This document shows positions 49,973 through 62,300 of a stretch of DNA of 64,000 nucleotides, one piece after another. How positions within the stretch are numbered: the first letter of the stretch is position 1; each line of letters begins with the position of its first letter. Origin of the DNA: Podarcis pityusensis (Eukaryota); assembly GCA_964106645.2 (NCBI GenBank), contig OZ067039.1. The stretch is one strand, 5' to 3'. The notes below the pieces were generated by a model. The model was given only the letters and a program-made list of their open reading frames with translations, was not told where the DNA came from and ran no database searches. The translations under genes and the position numbers were made by a program.

Positions 49973-52900
49973 ATACTTTGTTTTATTTACTTGCTGTTAG
50001 AACAACACACTTTTTCAGTCATAGGCATGCAAAACAGCTTGCAACATTCATTAAAACTATACAGGCATCATTTTGAAAGCACAAGAGCAAACCTTGGCTG
50101 CAACATCTGGTTAGCAAGGAAAGAGCGTAACCAAGGGCCCGAAATCAGGTTACATGCTAAGCCAAACCGTGGCTTATTTCAGTGTGTTATGGGAGTAAAA
50201 AAAAAAAAATATTGGTGAGGAGAAAAGTGCAAGTGAGCTCCTTTACAAGTGCCTATGTGTTTGTGTGATCCTAGTAAGCTATAGTTCGGCTCACTGTGAT
50301 GTGTGAACGAGGCTAGATAAAGCCTTATGCTTGGTAGGGGACAACCTTACCCCAGAAGATGGTGGCAACTGAAGCAGCATTTTTCCACTTTAGCCTAATT
50401 CCAGGAACAGGTAAATATGGGGGGAAACATTCCCTTTAAAATGCCAGGACCGTGTAGGTTTCTAAATGTCACAATCAACACTTTGAATTTGGCCAGGAAA
50501 CATGTAGGTAACATGCAGAGCTCACCTAGAATTAGTGGCATGGCAGCTCTGTGATCAGCCCCAGACTAGGTGAGCTGCTACATTTTAAAGCAACAGAAGT
50601 CTTAAGGCAGACGCCTACATAGCGCAATACAGTAGTTTGAGCTGAAAGGTTACCAAAGCTTACAAGAAAATGGTTACATCCTTGGATGAAGATCATGGTA
50701 ATATTCGCTGGTCTCCAAACTATAATTCAAAGGAGGTCCTCAGTACGTGCTCTAAATAGGTCACCGGAGGTAGGATTGCAATGTACACGCCTGAACTGAT
50801 GAAAGAACCACGGCTAATGGCTTATTTCAGTCTGTATACATTAATTGCCGATATTCTCATGTAGGACGTTTATGTATCATTTATATTGGCAGTAGAAATA
50901 GTCCATGATAGTAAGTCTATGATACTGTATCATACATTTTATGTACGGTAACTGTACATACAGAAACCATAATTTTTGTCACCTACAATGGTTAACGCTA
51001 GCGACAGCTTCCCACCTGTACCTCAAACAAAGGCTGCTCTCTTATGTACACTTTTTGGGGAGTAATCCCCATCAAACACAATGGTAAGAAATTCATATAC
51101 TGACTATATTTGTTATACAAAGTACTATACGCATCAAGCATTCTGCTTATGTAGTGCTACAATTCCATTTTGGAAAATTTGGGATGAAGTACAAATCGAC
51201 ATGAAGGACCTGTGCTCTATTTCCATGCTGCAGCTAAGGTCTATCCTCTTTAAACATCAAGGTTAGTGTTTGATCACCATGTGTATCATGCAAGAGACAC
51301 CAGAGCAAAGATGCTCTTATGTTTAAACCCTTTATTTAAATTAACACTTTTCAGTTTATCGCACTCAATATGCAAGTGACCCTCAAACACATCTGCCCTG
51401 TAGCTTGGGAGTCTATGGGAATATCCTTGGGATTCTAACCGTTTCCTGCTGCTGCTGTGGCCTCATTTTTAGTGCTATACTAATATTCTAAAATGCTAAC
51501 TGTAAGGATCAATGTGGACAGGTTTCTACTTACAAGAAAACGTTTTTTCATAAAAGTAGCACCAAAATAAGATGGGTAACAGTCACAACAGCACCCTGTA
51601 TTTCTTCACCCCAAGACAAAGAGGTGGTAATTAAAATGTGGGAAAGAGATTGGAAGAGTGCCCCTACAAAGCGACTCTGTTAGAAACTCTAAAAGAAACA
51701 AAATTTATGGGACTAAAAGAGTCATAAAGTTTACTTTTAGCCTAGAATCATTTGAAAAATATGCGATCCTACCATCAACTCTGTAATCTCTCAACCCCCA
51801 ACACCCCGTCTTTAAAAATAACACCGAAATGAGTCTTAAAAACAATACTGGCTCACTGTAAAAGAATGCAATGGCCTGGAGAACCATCCCCCTTGTGTCC
51901 TCCTCGCTTCAGGAAGGTGGCAGTATTGCTTTGGGATTACTGGGTTAGAGAGCAAGCCCTCTTCTTTCCAGTGAATGGCACTGTACCATTACCATAATAC
52001 ACCAATGGATTCTGAGGAATGACTTATTCTCATGAAATGTGATTACAGTGATAGAGAAACCACAGCAAAGTACTGGACCCAAACTGTGTAGAACCCCAGC
52101 CAGCCAGAGTCTCTTCATTTGTACATACAACTCTGGAGTTTTCAACTAGCTGCCAATTTTATATTTTCTAAGCAAACACTGCAAATGACCACCCAGCTGC
52201 CTCAAACGTCTTCATAAAACCCTAGTGGATTAGCAACAGTACGATAAGTTTCTGATCTTCTCGTTATCTCTGGTGTACTAGAGATCAAAAACCGCCACCC
52301 TTCCCCAAGCTGAGTGGGTGACATTCTGGAATGGGTGAAACATACAGGAGAACGTGATTATGCAGTACATTCACTGGATGCACGCAGCAACAACTCGGAT
52401 GACAAGAAAAGAGTGCTATTTAAAATAATAATTGGTATAGCCAAACCCAATAAGAATAACGTATAAACACAAGCATGCACACAAGAACACACACTATACA
52501 ATGCTGAATTTATCTAAAGTTGCTGTGACCCTAAGCTTGCAATAGGACTGATTTCTATGTGACTGTCTCCTGCCTTTATTCACTATTACTCACCTTTATT
52601 CACGTTGGATGTCCTCAAAGAAGATGCCCCTAGTGGGGCTTCAACACACTCTGGAGATCTGGTACATGTTTTTTTGTTGCAAAGCTTTAGAAAATGGCAA
52701 TCAGTCGTTTGGCTCTAGCTATATTTCTCTGGTGATGTCATTTTAAATACTTTGCATGTTCCATTTGTTTTTTGTACTTCTAAAAAAAAAATCGATGCCT
52801 TTCTGCAAATTCATGTTTGTCCAATTAGTCACAGAACCCTAAGGCTGCCTGCCTGGATGCTGGAGTAAAGCATCAAGCTAGGATATACAGGACAGCATCT

Positions 52901-53260
52901 GACTTGTATGGATGGGAGGAGATCTACTGCTTGTCATAACAGCCCTTATGGATATTTGGTCCAGTTCTCATTCAAATATGTGGAGAACTCAGAACTGTAG
53001 AGCGTTTGGGTTTGTTTGTTTTTTAGTAAGCTACACCACAGACATAAATTGTAAGTAGGGAAAGAACAGAAAGAGAGGGAGCAGACAGAAAGGAAAACGC
53101 ATTTCTTCATTTGCAGAGTTGCCTCTGTGAGAGCGAGCCCATGACAGCTTTACGACTCCCTGGTTATTTTACTTGCATGCTGCTTAATAAGAAACAGCCT
53201 CCAGCTGAGGCTTGTAGTAGAGAAAAGTTTTAGGAGAAATTCTTGCCGAGTTAGCCCTAC

Positions 53261-53315
53261 CTGATCTGAATTTGCTCCGAATCAGCATAGAATGCTCAGA
53301 CCCCAGAAGTGTCAT
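53261..53315 (-). CDS. MYOCD: MYOCD exon 1 coding part (cardiac-isoform N-terminal MEF2-interacting peptide)
   Basis: atcaccATGACACTTCTGGGG...AGATCAG|gtaggg; MTLLGSEHSMLIRSKFRS(V). Confidence 0.95.
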
Positions 53316-53680
53316 GGTGATGCCTTGTGATAATTCCCAGTGCCAGAAAGCCCCTCAACGCTCAAACCATTAACTGGCTCCAAGAAGAGAAGCTGATCAC
53401 GACCAATGAATCACAATTCATCTAGCCCTCCCTTGGAGTCTAGGTGATTGCAGAAAGCAGCAGAAGTGTAACTCAGGAAAGGTTTGGTCCCATCCAGCAC
53501 TGACCCTCCGCGAAAGCCTACTGTATGCCCTTGCACTGTGTTGGGCTAATTAACTTTTAGCTAGCAGACCCCTCCTTTCTATCCCACCCTCCCCTCCTTT
53601 CTCAGAGTTTACTATCAGCAACATCACCGGGTGTCCTGACTGATGTCATAGTCTAGCGGGGAGCAGACTATCCCTAAAGG
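53316..53680 (-). other. MYOCD: Putative MYOCD 5'UTR (TSS approximate)
   Basis: Minus-strand blocks CTATGACATCAG (53640-53651) and GCTAAAAGTTAATTAGCCC (53543-53561) resemble blocks I recall from the human MYOCD leader. Confidence 0.55.
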
Positions 53681-54000
53681 GTCTTTAGGAAAGACAGAAG
53701 TTTGATATCTGATCCGCTATTACTACCAACAGGAACTTGGCCAATCAAGAGCTTCCCTCCCTCTGACTGCAGGGGTTCGGAGCAGCTCTAAAATATCAAC
53801 AGACTCCTGCTTAACTCTTTCCAGCATACAGAGCCTGTTGCTACCAGGAATTCAAGAGGAAGGGCTCGGCTGCATGGTTCCTGCAGTGGATTTTAATAGC
53901 TCACATCCCAAGGATTTTGGATGGCATAGTGGCTGTGTGTTAGGCTAGTTTTTGCTTTAAAGTGAATCTAGTGATACAGACATCACCTATTAATAAACCC
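53680..54000 (-). promoter_or_regulatory. Putative MYOCD proximal promoter
   Basis: Immediately upstream of the leader; CCAAT box at 53741; MEF2-type YTAWWWWTAR match CTATTAATAA at 53987-53996; boundaries inferred. Confidence 0.45.
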
Positions 54001-54542
54001 ATTGATATGTCACACAAACACAAACTAATCATCAAAAACTCACAAAACTCAGACACCCTATGTGGACACAACTTTGCTGTACAACCTTAGCAGTACAAAC
54101 AACAAGAACAGAGGTCCTTGTAAGCGCATAAAGTATGTAACTGACAAAGTTCTCACCATGCATTATATCCCAAGCACCGTCACCTATATTCTGCTGACAA
54201 ATCTCCATCAAAGTTCCCAAGCTCAAATAACTGTCCTTTTAAAAAATACCTTCAAAACAATATTCCACATCACTCAGGGGCTGATTTAAAAACAGCACAA
54301 GCATCATTTTAGTTAATTATTCTTATTCATGCTTTTCAGTAAAGTCTATTCAGATATTTGAGCCCTTTTCACGTGTAATTAATGCACATGGTGGGATGTG
54401 TATCATCACAATATTTGTAATGTCTAAAAATGATCCTGATTATATAATGTTGTGCTCAGAGAACTCTCTCTGCATGGTTGGGAACCCTGGAAAAGCAGCC
54501 TTGTTGAACACACAGTGAGAGGTCTTTGCATTTGCAGTTTTT

Positions 54543-54580
<38 letters not shown>
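54543..54580. repeat. (AAC)n microsatellite
   Basis: About 12 units. Confidence 0.95.
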
Positions 54581-55832
54581 AGTTAGTGTACACCCTGTCT
54601 TTCCACACTAAGATGCCCAAGGAAACTGTACAGATGAGAATATGTTCAGATCTTACACCGGATGCACACGGATTTGGGGTGGGGACCTTCACCACAGAGT
54701 TGCCCCTCTGATTCAATTTCATTTAACACACTATAAAACATTTGAAAAGGGCTCTGGCTGTGAGCCATCAAGTGTGGAATAATCAAGAGATTTATGAATA
54801 AATGACACATACACATGTATTGACTCTCAAAGGGTGGCAGTTTGGCTTAGCGGTTCATGTATCTCTAAGGTTTAAATATGGATTCACAGAACTCAAAAGA
54901 GACCACAAAGCCACATACTGTATTCCTTTGCAATGAGGCTTTTCTCTGTTCACACATTATAATTTAAGATTTCCTCCAGTAATGAATTGTCTGACTTGGA
55001 TTTTCCCCTGGTGATGTCAATTAACATTTACCTTAAGTATCAGACTCTTCAGAACAAAATTTCTTTTCTCAGTAGCTGCTTGATCTCATTAAAATGAGAT
55101 TGAAGAAAGACAAAGTATCATATGTAAAGAAAAGAAGAAAATAAAAATATAGGATAGTGGATAACAGTATAGCAAGTGTCTTTTCGGATAGTCATTATTT
55201 TTTATTTAAAACTTACATTCTGCTTTAAAGGGGGGGGATCCAAGGTAGTTCAGAAATAAACTTAAAACAAAGCTATTAATACAAAACTAGTTTAAAAGTA
55301 CAATCAAAACCATTACAAAGCCATGTCTGGGCCCCCAAAAGTCCTCATAAGGAGTAACATCTTGATCAAGAGGGTAAAACCATACAGTGACTCTTTATTA
55401 GTATTAAGTGTTTAAAGACAAACAAACAAACAAACAAACAAACCCAGCATTTTGATTTGAGCTTTCCATGACTCAACAGACTGATCCCATTTTAAGCTAA
55501 AATTGTTGGGTCAAAACATATTTGGTTTATTTTACCAACTATTGGCATAGTTAAAGTATTAATGTATTAGGACATTAACAAAAATACTTTAATGTTTGAG
55601 TACAATAAATCTGTCTATGAAAGTAGCTGGACACCAGGCACTAGAATTCAACAAGAAACACTCTCTTTTATGTTTCATGTACTCAGAAAGACTTTCACCA
55701 GGCTTTATAAGGAGTTTGTTGTTGTTTTAACACATTTCTGTTTTAAAAACTTTTTAAGCTGGTTTCTCTGACTCCCCATAATTTATTACCTCACAATATA
55801 CATCTTGGGCTGAATTCTTGCAGAAGTGCTCA

Positions 55833-55965
55833 GAAGAAGAAGAAGAGGAAGAGTTTGGATTTGATATCCCACTTTATCACTACCCGAAGCGGCTAACATT
55901 CTCCTTTCCCTTCCTCCCCCACAACAAACACTCTGTAAGGTGAGTGAGGCTGAAAAACTTCAGCT
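55833..55965 (-). mobile_element. SINE 3' fragment with a (CTT)n tail
   Basis: (GAA)n followed by GAGTTTGGATTTGATATCCCACTTTATCACTACCCGAAG...CCCCACAACAAACACTCTGT, a retroposon-like tail; family not certain. Confidence 0.5.
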
Positions 55966-56151
55966 CTGTTTCTAACAGATAGTGGTATTCCATAATGTTT
56001 CAGAAGGCAGTGTGTCGCAGGCCCTTTATGCAGAAGGACTTCTACACCAACCTTCCACAATGGATTCAAGCACAGTGCCAAGAAGCACACTTGCAGCAAT
56101 GACACATGCAGTGGCTGGTATAGTAACCGCTTCTCCCAAATGAATTTTGTA

Positions 56152-56364
56152 CAGTGGTACCTCAGGTTACAGATGCTTCAGGTTACTCTGCTAACCGAGA
56201 AATAGTACCTCGGGTTAAGAACTTTGCTTCAGGATGAGAACAGAAATTGCACCGTGGCAGCGCGGCAGGCCCCATTAGCTAAAGTGGTACCTCAAGTTAA
56301 GAACAGTTTCTCGTTAAGAATGGATCTCCAGAACGAATTAAGTTCTTAACCCGAGGTACCACTG
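56152..56364. mobile_element. Tc1/mariner-pogo MITE (CAGTGGTACCT TIR family)
   Basis: TA|CAGTGGTACCTCAGGTTA ... TAACCCGAGGTACCACTG|TA. Confidence 0.85.
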
Positions 56365-56646
56365 TATTCCTCTACGAAGATGCCCACAATTACTACAGGC
56401 AGTCAACTGAATAAGCTTGCTTCATTCATTCATTCATGTAAGACTGAGCCAAAATGGCACCACTAATTTCAGTACTCCATCAACAAGTTTCTCATAATTC
56501 TTAAGCACCAATGGGTTCAAGGCTACCAACTCCCTGTCTTTGATTTTCAGAGGTAAACATCTGAGCTTATGTAGCCAAAACAGCATTATCCACACACTAG
56601 TCATTTGTCAGCAGACTCGGAGAATTCCCAAAATCTGCAGTGGTAT

Positions 56647-56689
56647 GAAGGAAGGAAGGAAGGAAGGAAGGAAGGAAGGAAGGAAGGAA

Positions 56690-56720
<31 letters not shown>
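56647..56720. repeat. (GAAG)n(GA)n polypurine microsatellite
   Basis: Seen directly. Confidence 0.95.
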
Positions 56721-56806
56721 ATTGAGCAGTGTGTTGGGAAACCTGGAGGGTGGTGGTGCAAAATAGCTGAATGAGGACTGAGCATGCAAAGTGGCCAATA
56801 ATGCTT

Positions 56807-56906
56807 TTTGTTGTTTAGTCGTTTAGTCGTGTCCGACTCTTCGTGACCCCATGGACCAGAGAACGCCAGGCACTTCTGTCTTCCACTGCCTCCCGCAGTT
56901 TGGTCA
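56807..56906 (-). mobile_element. BovB (RTE) LINE extreme 3' end
   Basis: Encodes ...LREAVEDRSAWRSLVHGVTKSRTRLND*, the BovB C-terminus, with a (CAA)n tail; TSD AATGCTT at 56800 and 56907. Confidence 0.85.
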
Positions 56907-58879
56907 AATGCTTACTAACCATTATGGAGGGATGGAAAACCTTGTGTTGTGGAGCACAGCACAGCTGAAATATGTTCCATGCAACAACATTTTGTGAGAT
57001 CAAACTCAAGAGTCCTGCACTTTATGACTGATTGAAAATGATCCTGTCTTAAGGCAGCAACAGTGTCCTTCTTATGCTACCTTAAGAAGTGTGGAAGGCA
57101 AACTGCAGCTATGTCTGCTATTCCTGTGCTGCTTTGCTAAAAGATTTAGGCCTGCACATGCGCAGTGGCCTCAGTATCAGGAGATGGGGCAGTGGAAAAG
57201 CCTGGCAATACTGGGAGAAGTTTCAAGTCTATGGGTGCTGCCCCTATGATCTGGATCCTCTAATGCTACTAGATCCTGTGTAATAGCTATACGATGCAGC
57301 ATCACTCTCACTGCTAAGGTAATGTCAGACCTGGCCCTCAGATGAAATGATTTGTATTTATTCCAACTCTTAAGAGTCTAAGAAAATTAGTAATTCCAGA
57401 ACAAGATCACTCCCTCCATTGGTAGCCTATGGAATGTTTTGCAATTGACAGCACTACCAGAAAATGCTTTCTCCACTTTCCTAAAGTCACTGCTAAGCTG
57501 TCTGATGTTTTCATCATAATATTTACTTCTTAGTAAATAGGCTAAAAATCTTCACTTCTGATTCAGAACTGAAAGATTAGAGAATGAAAAGAGCAAGATG
57601 ACATGGCTGTTTAAAAAGTCCATGCAAAATGTTTTCTGCCTAGCGTAAATATTTAATTGTAAAAAAGAGAGAAAATATGGCAATCTGTTGTGTTTATTGA
57701 GGGAGGGATGCAAAATGTGCACTGAGTGCAGGGTGGGGCCGGCTGGCTTTGCTACTATAGATTCCATCCCTCTTGAAGATCACTGTGTGTTCTCTCTAAT
57801 CTCCAGGCCAATGTAACGCTGGTGGGCTCATCTGAAATGTCCTCATGAGAACTCCCTGGGACACACACTGATGATACAAGAGAAGCTAGCAGGCAGGCAG
57901 GAGGATAGTTCAAATGCCGGCCTGAGTGTGCCTCCTTTCTCTAGTGCCCTCTGTGTAGCAGTGGTTATACAACTCTTGCAATAATTACTTCCATGGTGGG
58001 CGTTGGTGGAGAAGGTCTGGGATTCCGCCTATGGTGCTGGATTTTGGGGCACCAGAATTGACACACTGAAGCATGCTGTCATCCTGACACTACTGCATTT
58101 TCCTACCCTGATCTTAAGCATACCTGCACTTCCTGAGCGTCACACAGCAGACAAAGGGGAGGTCTATAAGAACAGCACGAGTGTTATGTGTAGATCCGTC
58201 AGTAGTCTCAGTCAAGAGCATCCGCATATTCAGAAGCCACTATATAAATGACAGTCCTAGATTTCTGTAAACTGAGACACACACCTCTTCTGTATAAGTT
58301 ACTGTCAAGTATGAAAGTGCTAAACTGAGCAGAGCAGCAGAGAATTACTGTGGCAAATTTGCTTCCTTATCTCAATCATATTCAGAGCAATCCTGTAAAG
58401 GTCAGTTACCATTACCCCCATTTTACAGACAAGAAATACAGCCTGAGACACAATGCCTTGCCCACAAACGTCCAGCAAGTCCACAGCTCAGGTAACATTT
58501 AAAATGAAGGATACCCAACATTTTATTGACTGGACAGCAGTGAATCTAAACACACAACACAAACAATGATCTTCTGTTGCTTAAAAGCATTGTGCAATCA
58601 AGTAATGAAGTAATCTGTGAAACAGGCACAGCAACCCAAGAGAATGTAAGCTAACCATTTTCAAGGCAGCAAAATCTCATTAACGACTATGAAACGTATC
58701 TGGGGGGAAAAAGAAGATGGGTTGATGAATTGATCAAATCTAATTCCCATATGGGGTGGTCATTTTGCTGCTGAAATGCTGAACTGGCAAAAATAGGCAT
58801 GGGGATACATTCAGTCTATTAAAAAACAAACCACACACAACCTGGTGAATGTTATGACTCAGTTTACAAGCCAGCAAAG

Positions 58880-59030
58880 TGTGTAGTAGATAGAATGTTT
58901 GACTCAGATAAGGGAGACCTGGTTTCAAATCTTCACTGAGGTATGAAGCTTACTAGGCAATCAAGGGCCAGTCACTATCTCTCAACCTAACCTACCAGAC
59001 AGGGTTATTGTGAGGATAAAAATGATAACA
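58880..59030 (+). mobile_element. MIR-like tRNA SINE remnant
   Basis: GTGTAGTAGATAGAATG...GGGAGACCTGGTTTCAAATC...GGGCCAGTCACTATCTCTCAACCTAACCTACCAGACAGGGTTATTGTGAGGATAAAATG. Confidence 0.6.
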
Positions 59031-59145
59031 CAGTATGTGTCATGCTGAGCTCCTTGGAGAACCAGCAGGAGTAAAATATCCAGCTTCAGTTTGGTCCACA
59101 GTATTATGCATTGTGCAAGAGCAAAGCAACCTCCCAATCAAAATA

Positions 59146-59371
59146 CAGTGGTACCTTGGATTAAGTACTTAATTCGTTCCGGAGGTCCGTTCTTAACCTG
59201 AAACTGTTCTTAACCTGAAGCACCACTTTAGCTAATGGGGCCTCCTGCTGCCGCCGCACCGCCGGAGCACGATTTCTGTTCTCATCCTGAAGCAAAGTTC
59301 TTAACCTGAGGTGCTATTTCTGGGTTAGCAGAGTCTGTAACCTGAAGCATATGTAACCCAAGGTACCACTG
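59146..59371. mobile_element. Tc1/mariner-pogo MITE, same family as 56152, opposite orientation
   Basis: TA|CAGTGGTACCTTGG ... CCAAGGTACCACTG|TA; the interior is the reverse complement of the 56152 copy (e.g. CCCCATTAGCTAAAGTGG vs CCACTTTAGCTAATGGGG). Confidence 0.85.
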
Positions 59372-62300
59372 TAGTTAAACAAAGATGTGCAGCTGCTTCA
59401 GAACAGGTGTTATGTGTGTTCTTGCAGTCATTACCTGGCTGCTGCATTCTGTACCGTTGAGGCTTCTAAAGTGTTTTCAACAGCAGTCCTACATAGGATG
59501 CACTGCAATAGTTTGATGTGGAGGTTACCAAAACGTGGAGCAAAGAGGCCAAGTCATCTCTATGCAAAAGGGTCCACAGCTGGTTAAACCTCCTCATATG
59601 TACTGTACTTTACATGTGGTAGAAGCATGGGAAGGGTGCTGGGGGAGCAATACGCCTAACAGAAAGAGAGAGGTGGTTGCTACAGAGATGGTCAGCCAAA
59701 ACAAGCCACAGTGAGCAGCTAGATGGTTCTGCATGTGGATACGCAACTGAAAGGCAGGCCCAGAGTAAATGAAACCTAAACGTGGGGCATGTCTACACCA
59801 CAGACTTAAACTGGTTTATAGTCATTCCTTTCCCCCAGGGAACCCTGGGAAGTGTAGCTATGAATCATTATCTTAAGAAAATTCTCAGAACAAGTATAAG
59901 AACTAAGCTTTATTTTGGGGGTGGAGGTAGCTACCCTAATAGTGAAACAGGTGTAAAACTTATATATGTTTATGGTGAGCTCACAAGTCCCTCTCATATC
60001 CCATGTCTGCCTTCTGGAAGTAATGCTTGAGTGGTATTCAGTGTTTCAGTTTGTGTTTATACCAGACCCAAACACTAAACTGTCTTCTTTTATTAACTTG
60101 TAATATAGTTTCAGCCAATTTTGAAGGATAAATGACAGGCATTACCAGAATGACCCTAAGGACGACCCATGCCATTGTATATTAGGGAAATGGACAAAGG
60201 TCTTGATATACGTTGGTTGGCTAAATGGAAGGAGGCACTATATTTTCTTGGAAAGCCTTCTGGTCTTTATTAAAATGAGACCACGGTCAATCTCACAAAG
60301 CTCATGGACCAGGCTCTGGGCCAAGGAAAAGTTCCTTCTGCAAATATTTATTTTATCATATCAATGACAAACTCCTTGGTATAAACATTTTTATTTAATC
60401 ATAATTTACCAATTATTTTAAATCAATTGTTTGCTTGGTTTCTAAACACTAATCAAGAGGACCACATTAAAATTTGCTCAGGCAGATAAGATGCATTATC
60501 TCACTGCGGCTTTGTGGTCATAATAGTCTGGCATGTTTCCTGAAGAAGGGGGCATAGATTAAGGACCTCACACCCTCTGGGATTCAATGCCCAAATCTAG
60601 CCGGCAAATGATTTCTCTCACTGCTAGCCAAAGTGGGAGATACATGTTTTCGTGGGTATTGAGACGGTAATCAACAGGAGCTTTCTGGGGATATATACAG
60701 TATCGTGACCTTTTATTGTCCAGTTTTCTTGATACAATTTTGTCCCACATCATAATTTTCTCTTCTTCCCTAGAACAAACACTAAAGCTGACTTTTCCAC
60801 TACTATGTTTCTGTTTGGACAGAAGAAGCTTTTTCAAGGATATTTAGGTCAAAATGCTGCTCTGATTACCAACTCTTGAGCCCTTAAAACCAAGGCTAAC
60901 AAACATAATGGCCTCCTGATGTTGGTGAACCACAATTTCTATCAGCCTCAGCCAGCATGGCCAATGGTCAGGGATGGTGGGAGTTGCCATCCAAAAACAC
61001 CATGATGGCTGCCCTTGCCCTAAACAGTTTGTCATAAATATACAGAGTAGAACTGTTACCGAATTGAATAACATTTAATCATAGAATTTTCAGATGATAA
61101 ATTAAATTCATTCATATTTAATCCATAAATGTGCACATGGGCAAAAATAACAGTTCTGAGGCAAGAAGCATACTTTCTTTGTTATATGATGATGCACACA
61201 TGTGCTGTGGTGGCTATTTGCTTAAAAGGGGTATTCTGCCTGCATGAGACAGACAAAGCCATACTTTTTAAAGAGGATGCTTGCCATCTCAAACTTGTTT
61301 TCTTTATCTGTCAGAACCCTGAGTCACCAAGTTAGTCTACCTAGCAGGATTCTCCTGCTGTGTTGAAAAAGCTCCTCTGCTTCACTTCAATGAAAGTGTT
61401 TTTTCTTTGTTTTTTGAGTGTTTTGCTTCTCTTATAATAGCTTTGAATCTTGGGACATTCAACACTCCTTCCAATATGTCCACTAGACAGGGTATATTTA
61501 TTCTTATAGCTGGAGGAATCCTGTGCTTCTGTTACAATGCTGAAATGCATTTGATGACTGTGCAAAATGAAACAAAACCTCTAAGAGGAGACCCCCTTCT
61601 GTTTTTTTCACACAGGAGCAAAGTACAGTGGGCAGGGGAAAGAGTCCTCAATTTGCCCATCAAAATTCAAGCACCACTCAAAATTAATATCGGAAGGCTC
61701 GGTTAAGGCAAATTCTGCATGCAAAAGCAACGGATGATGGAAGCAGAATTATCAGGCAAATTGACACACTGATTGCAAAGCTAATCTGTATGCATCTTTC
61801 CCATGCTCCCCATGGACAAATGCTGAAGTCACTAGTTCCCTGGGATATCACGGATCTCCATAAAAGTCAAGTTGAAAACATGGTTTATAACCTTGCAGCT
61901 TTGCTTGCTCAAAAAGCATCTCAGCCTCCTGTTCCTCTCAGAATCTTTGCTCCTCACTTCAATGGAGATTGCCCAATAAATTAGGTCTCTGGGGGAATTC
62001 TTTTCCCACACCCATATCTGCTTCTCATCTACTGCACAGATTTTTGATGTTTATTGTTTAAAAGATAAGGCTTCCAAGGCTCTCGTTTTCCCAGCAGAGT
62101 ACATGGTGGCTGCTTGTCCAGTGTCCCTCCCACACTTTCTCTATCCCAATTTACAGAGCAAAGTTGGTGAACCGCTTGCTCTTTCAGCAGTAAAATGGGA
62201 TCAAGTATCTAGCATTCCCATCAAAATTAGAAAGGTTACCAGCATTGATCTTTGCACCAAACACCCTTCCTACTGCCAAGAGATTCCGGGCACCATTTCT

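Larger units (their letters stand above)
16763..53315 (-). other. MYOCD: Myocardin gene, complete coding span: 13 exons, 2820 nt, 939 aa
   Basis: N-terminus MTLLGSEHSMLIRSKFRS, three RPEL repeats, basic B1 box KPKVKKLKYHQYIPP, Q-rich region, SAP domain, leucine zipper and C-terminal TAD ending MDLHLQQW*. Exon sizes 55/66/56/76/162/176/126/257/154/951/114/58/569 sum to an intact frame. Syntenic with MAP2K4. Confidence 0.97.

Noticed and set aside
16763-53315. Assigning the gene to MRTFA/MRTFB because of the intact RPEL2
   Set aside because: The MTLLGSEHS...RSKFRS N-terminus, the LHLQQW C-terminus, exon sizes and MAP2K4 linkage all fit myocardin.
55343-55352. CArG-like CCTCATAAGG, an NKX2-5-like TCAAGTG at 54768, and isolated MEF2-like matches at 43033, 47094 and 28141
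   Set aside because: Single short or imperfect motifs in AT-rich DNA cannot be told from chance without conservation data.
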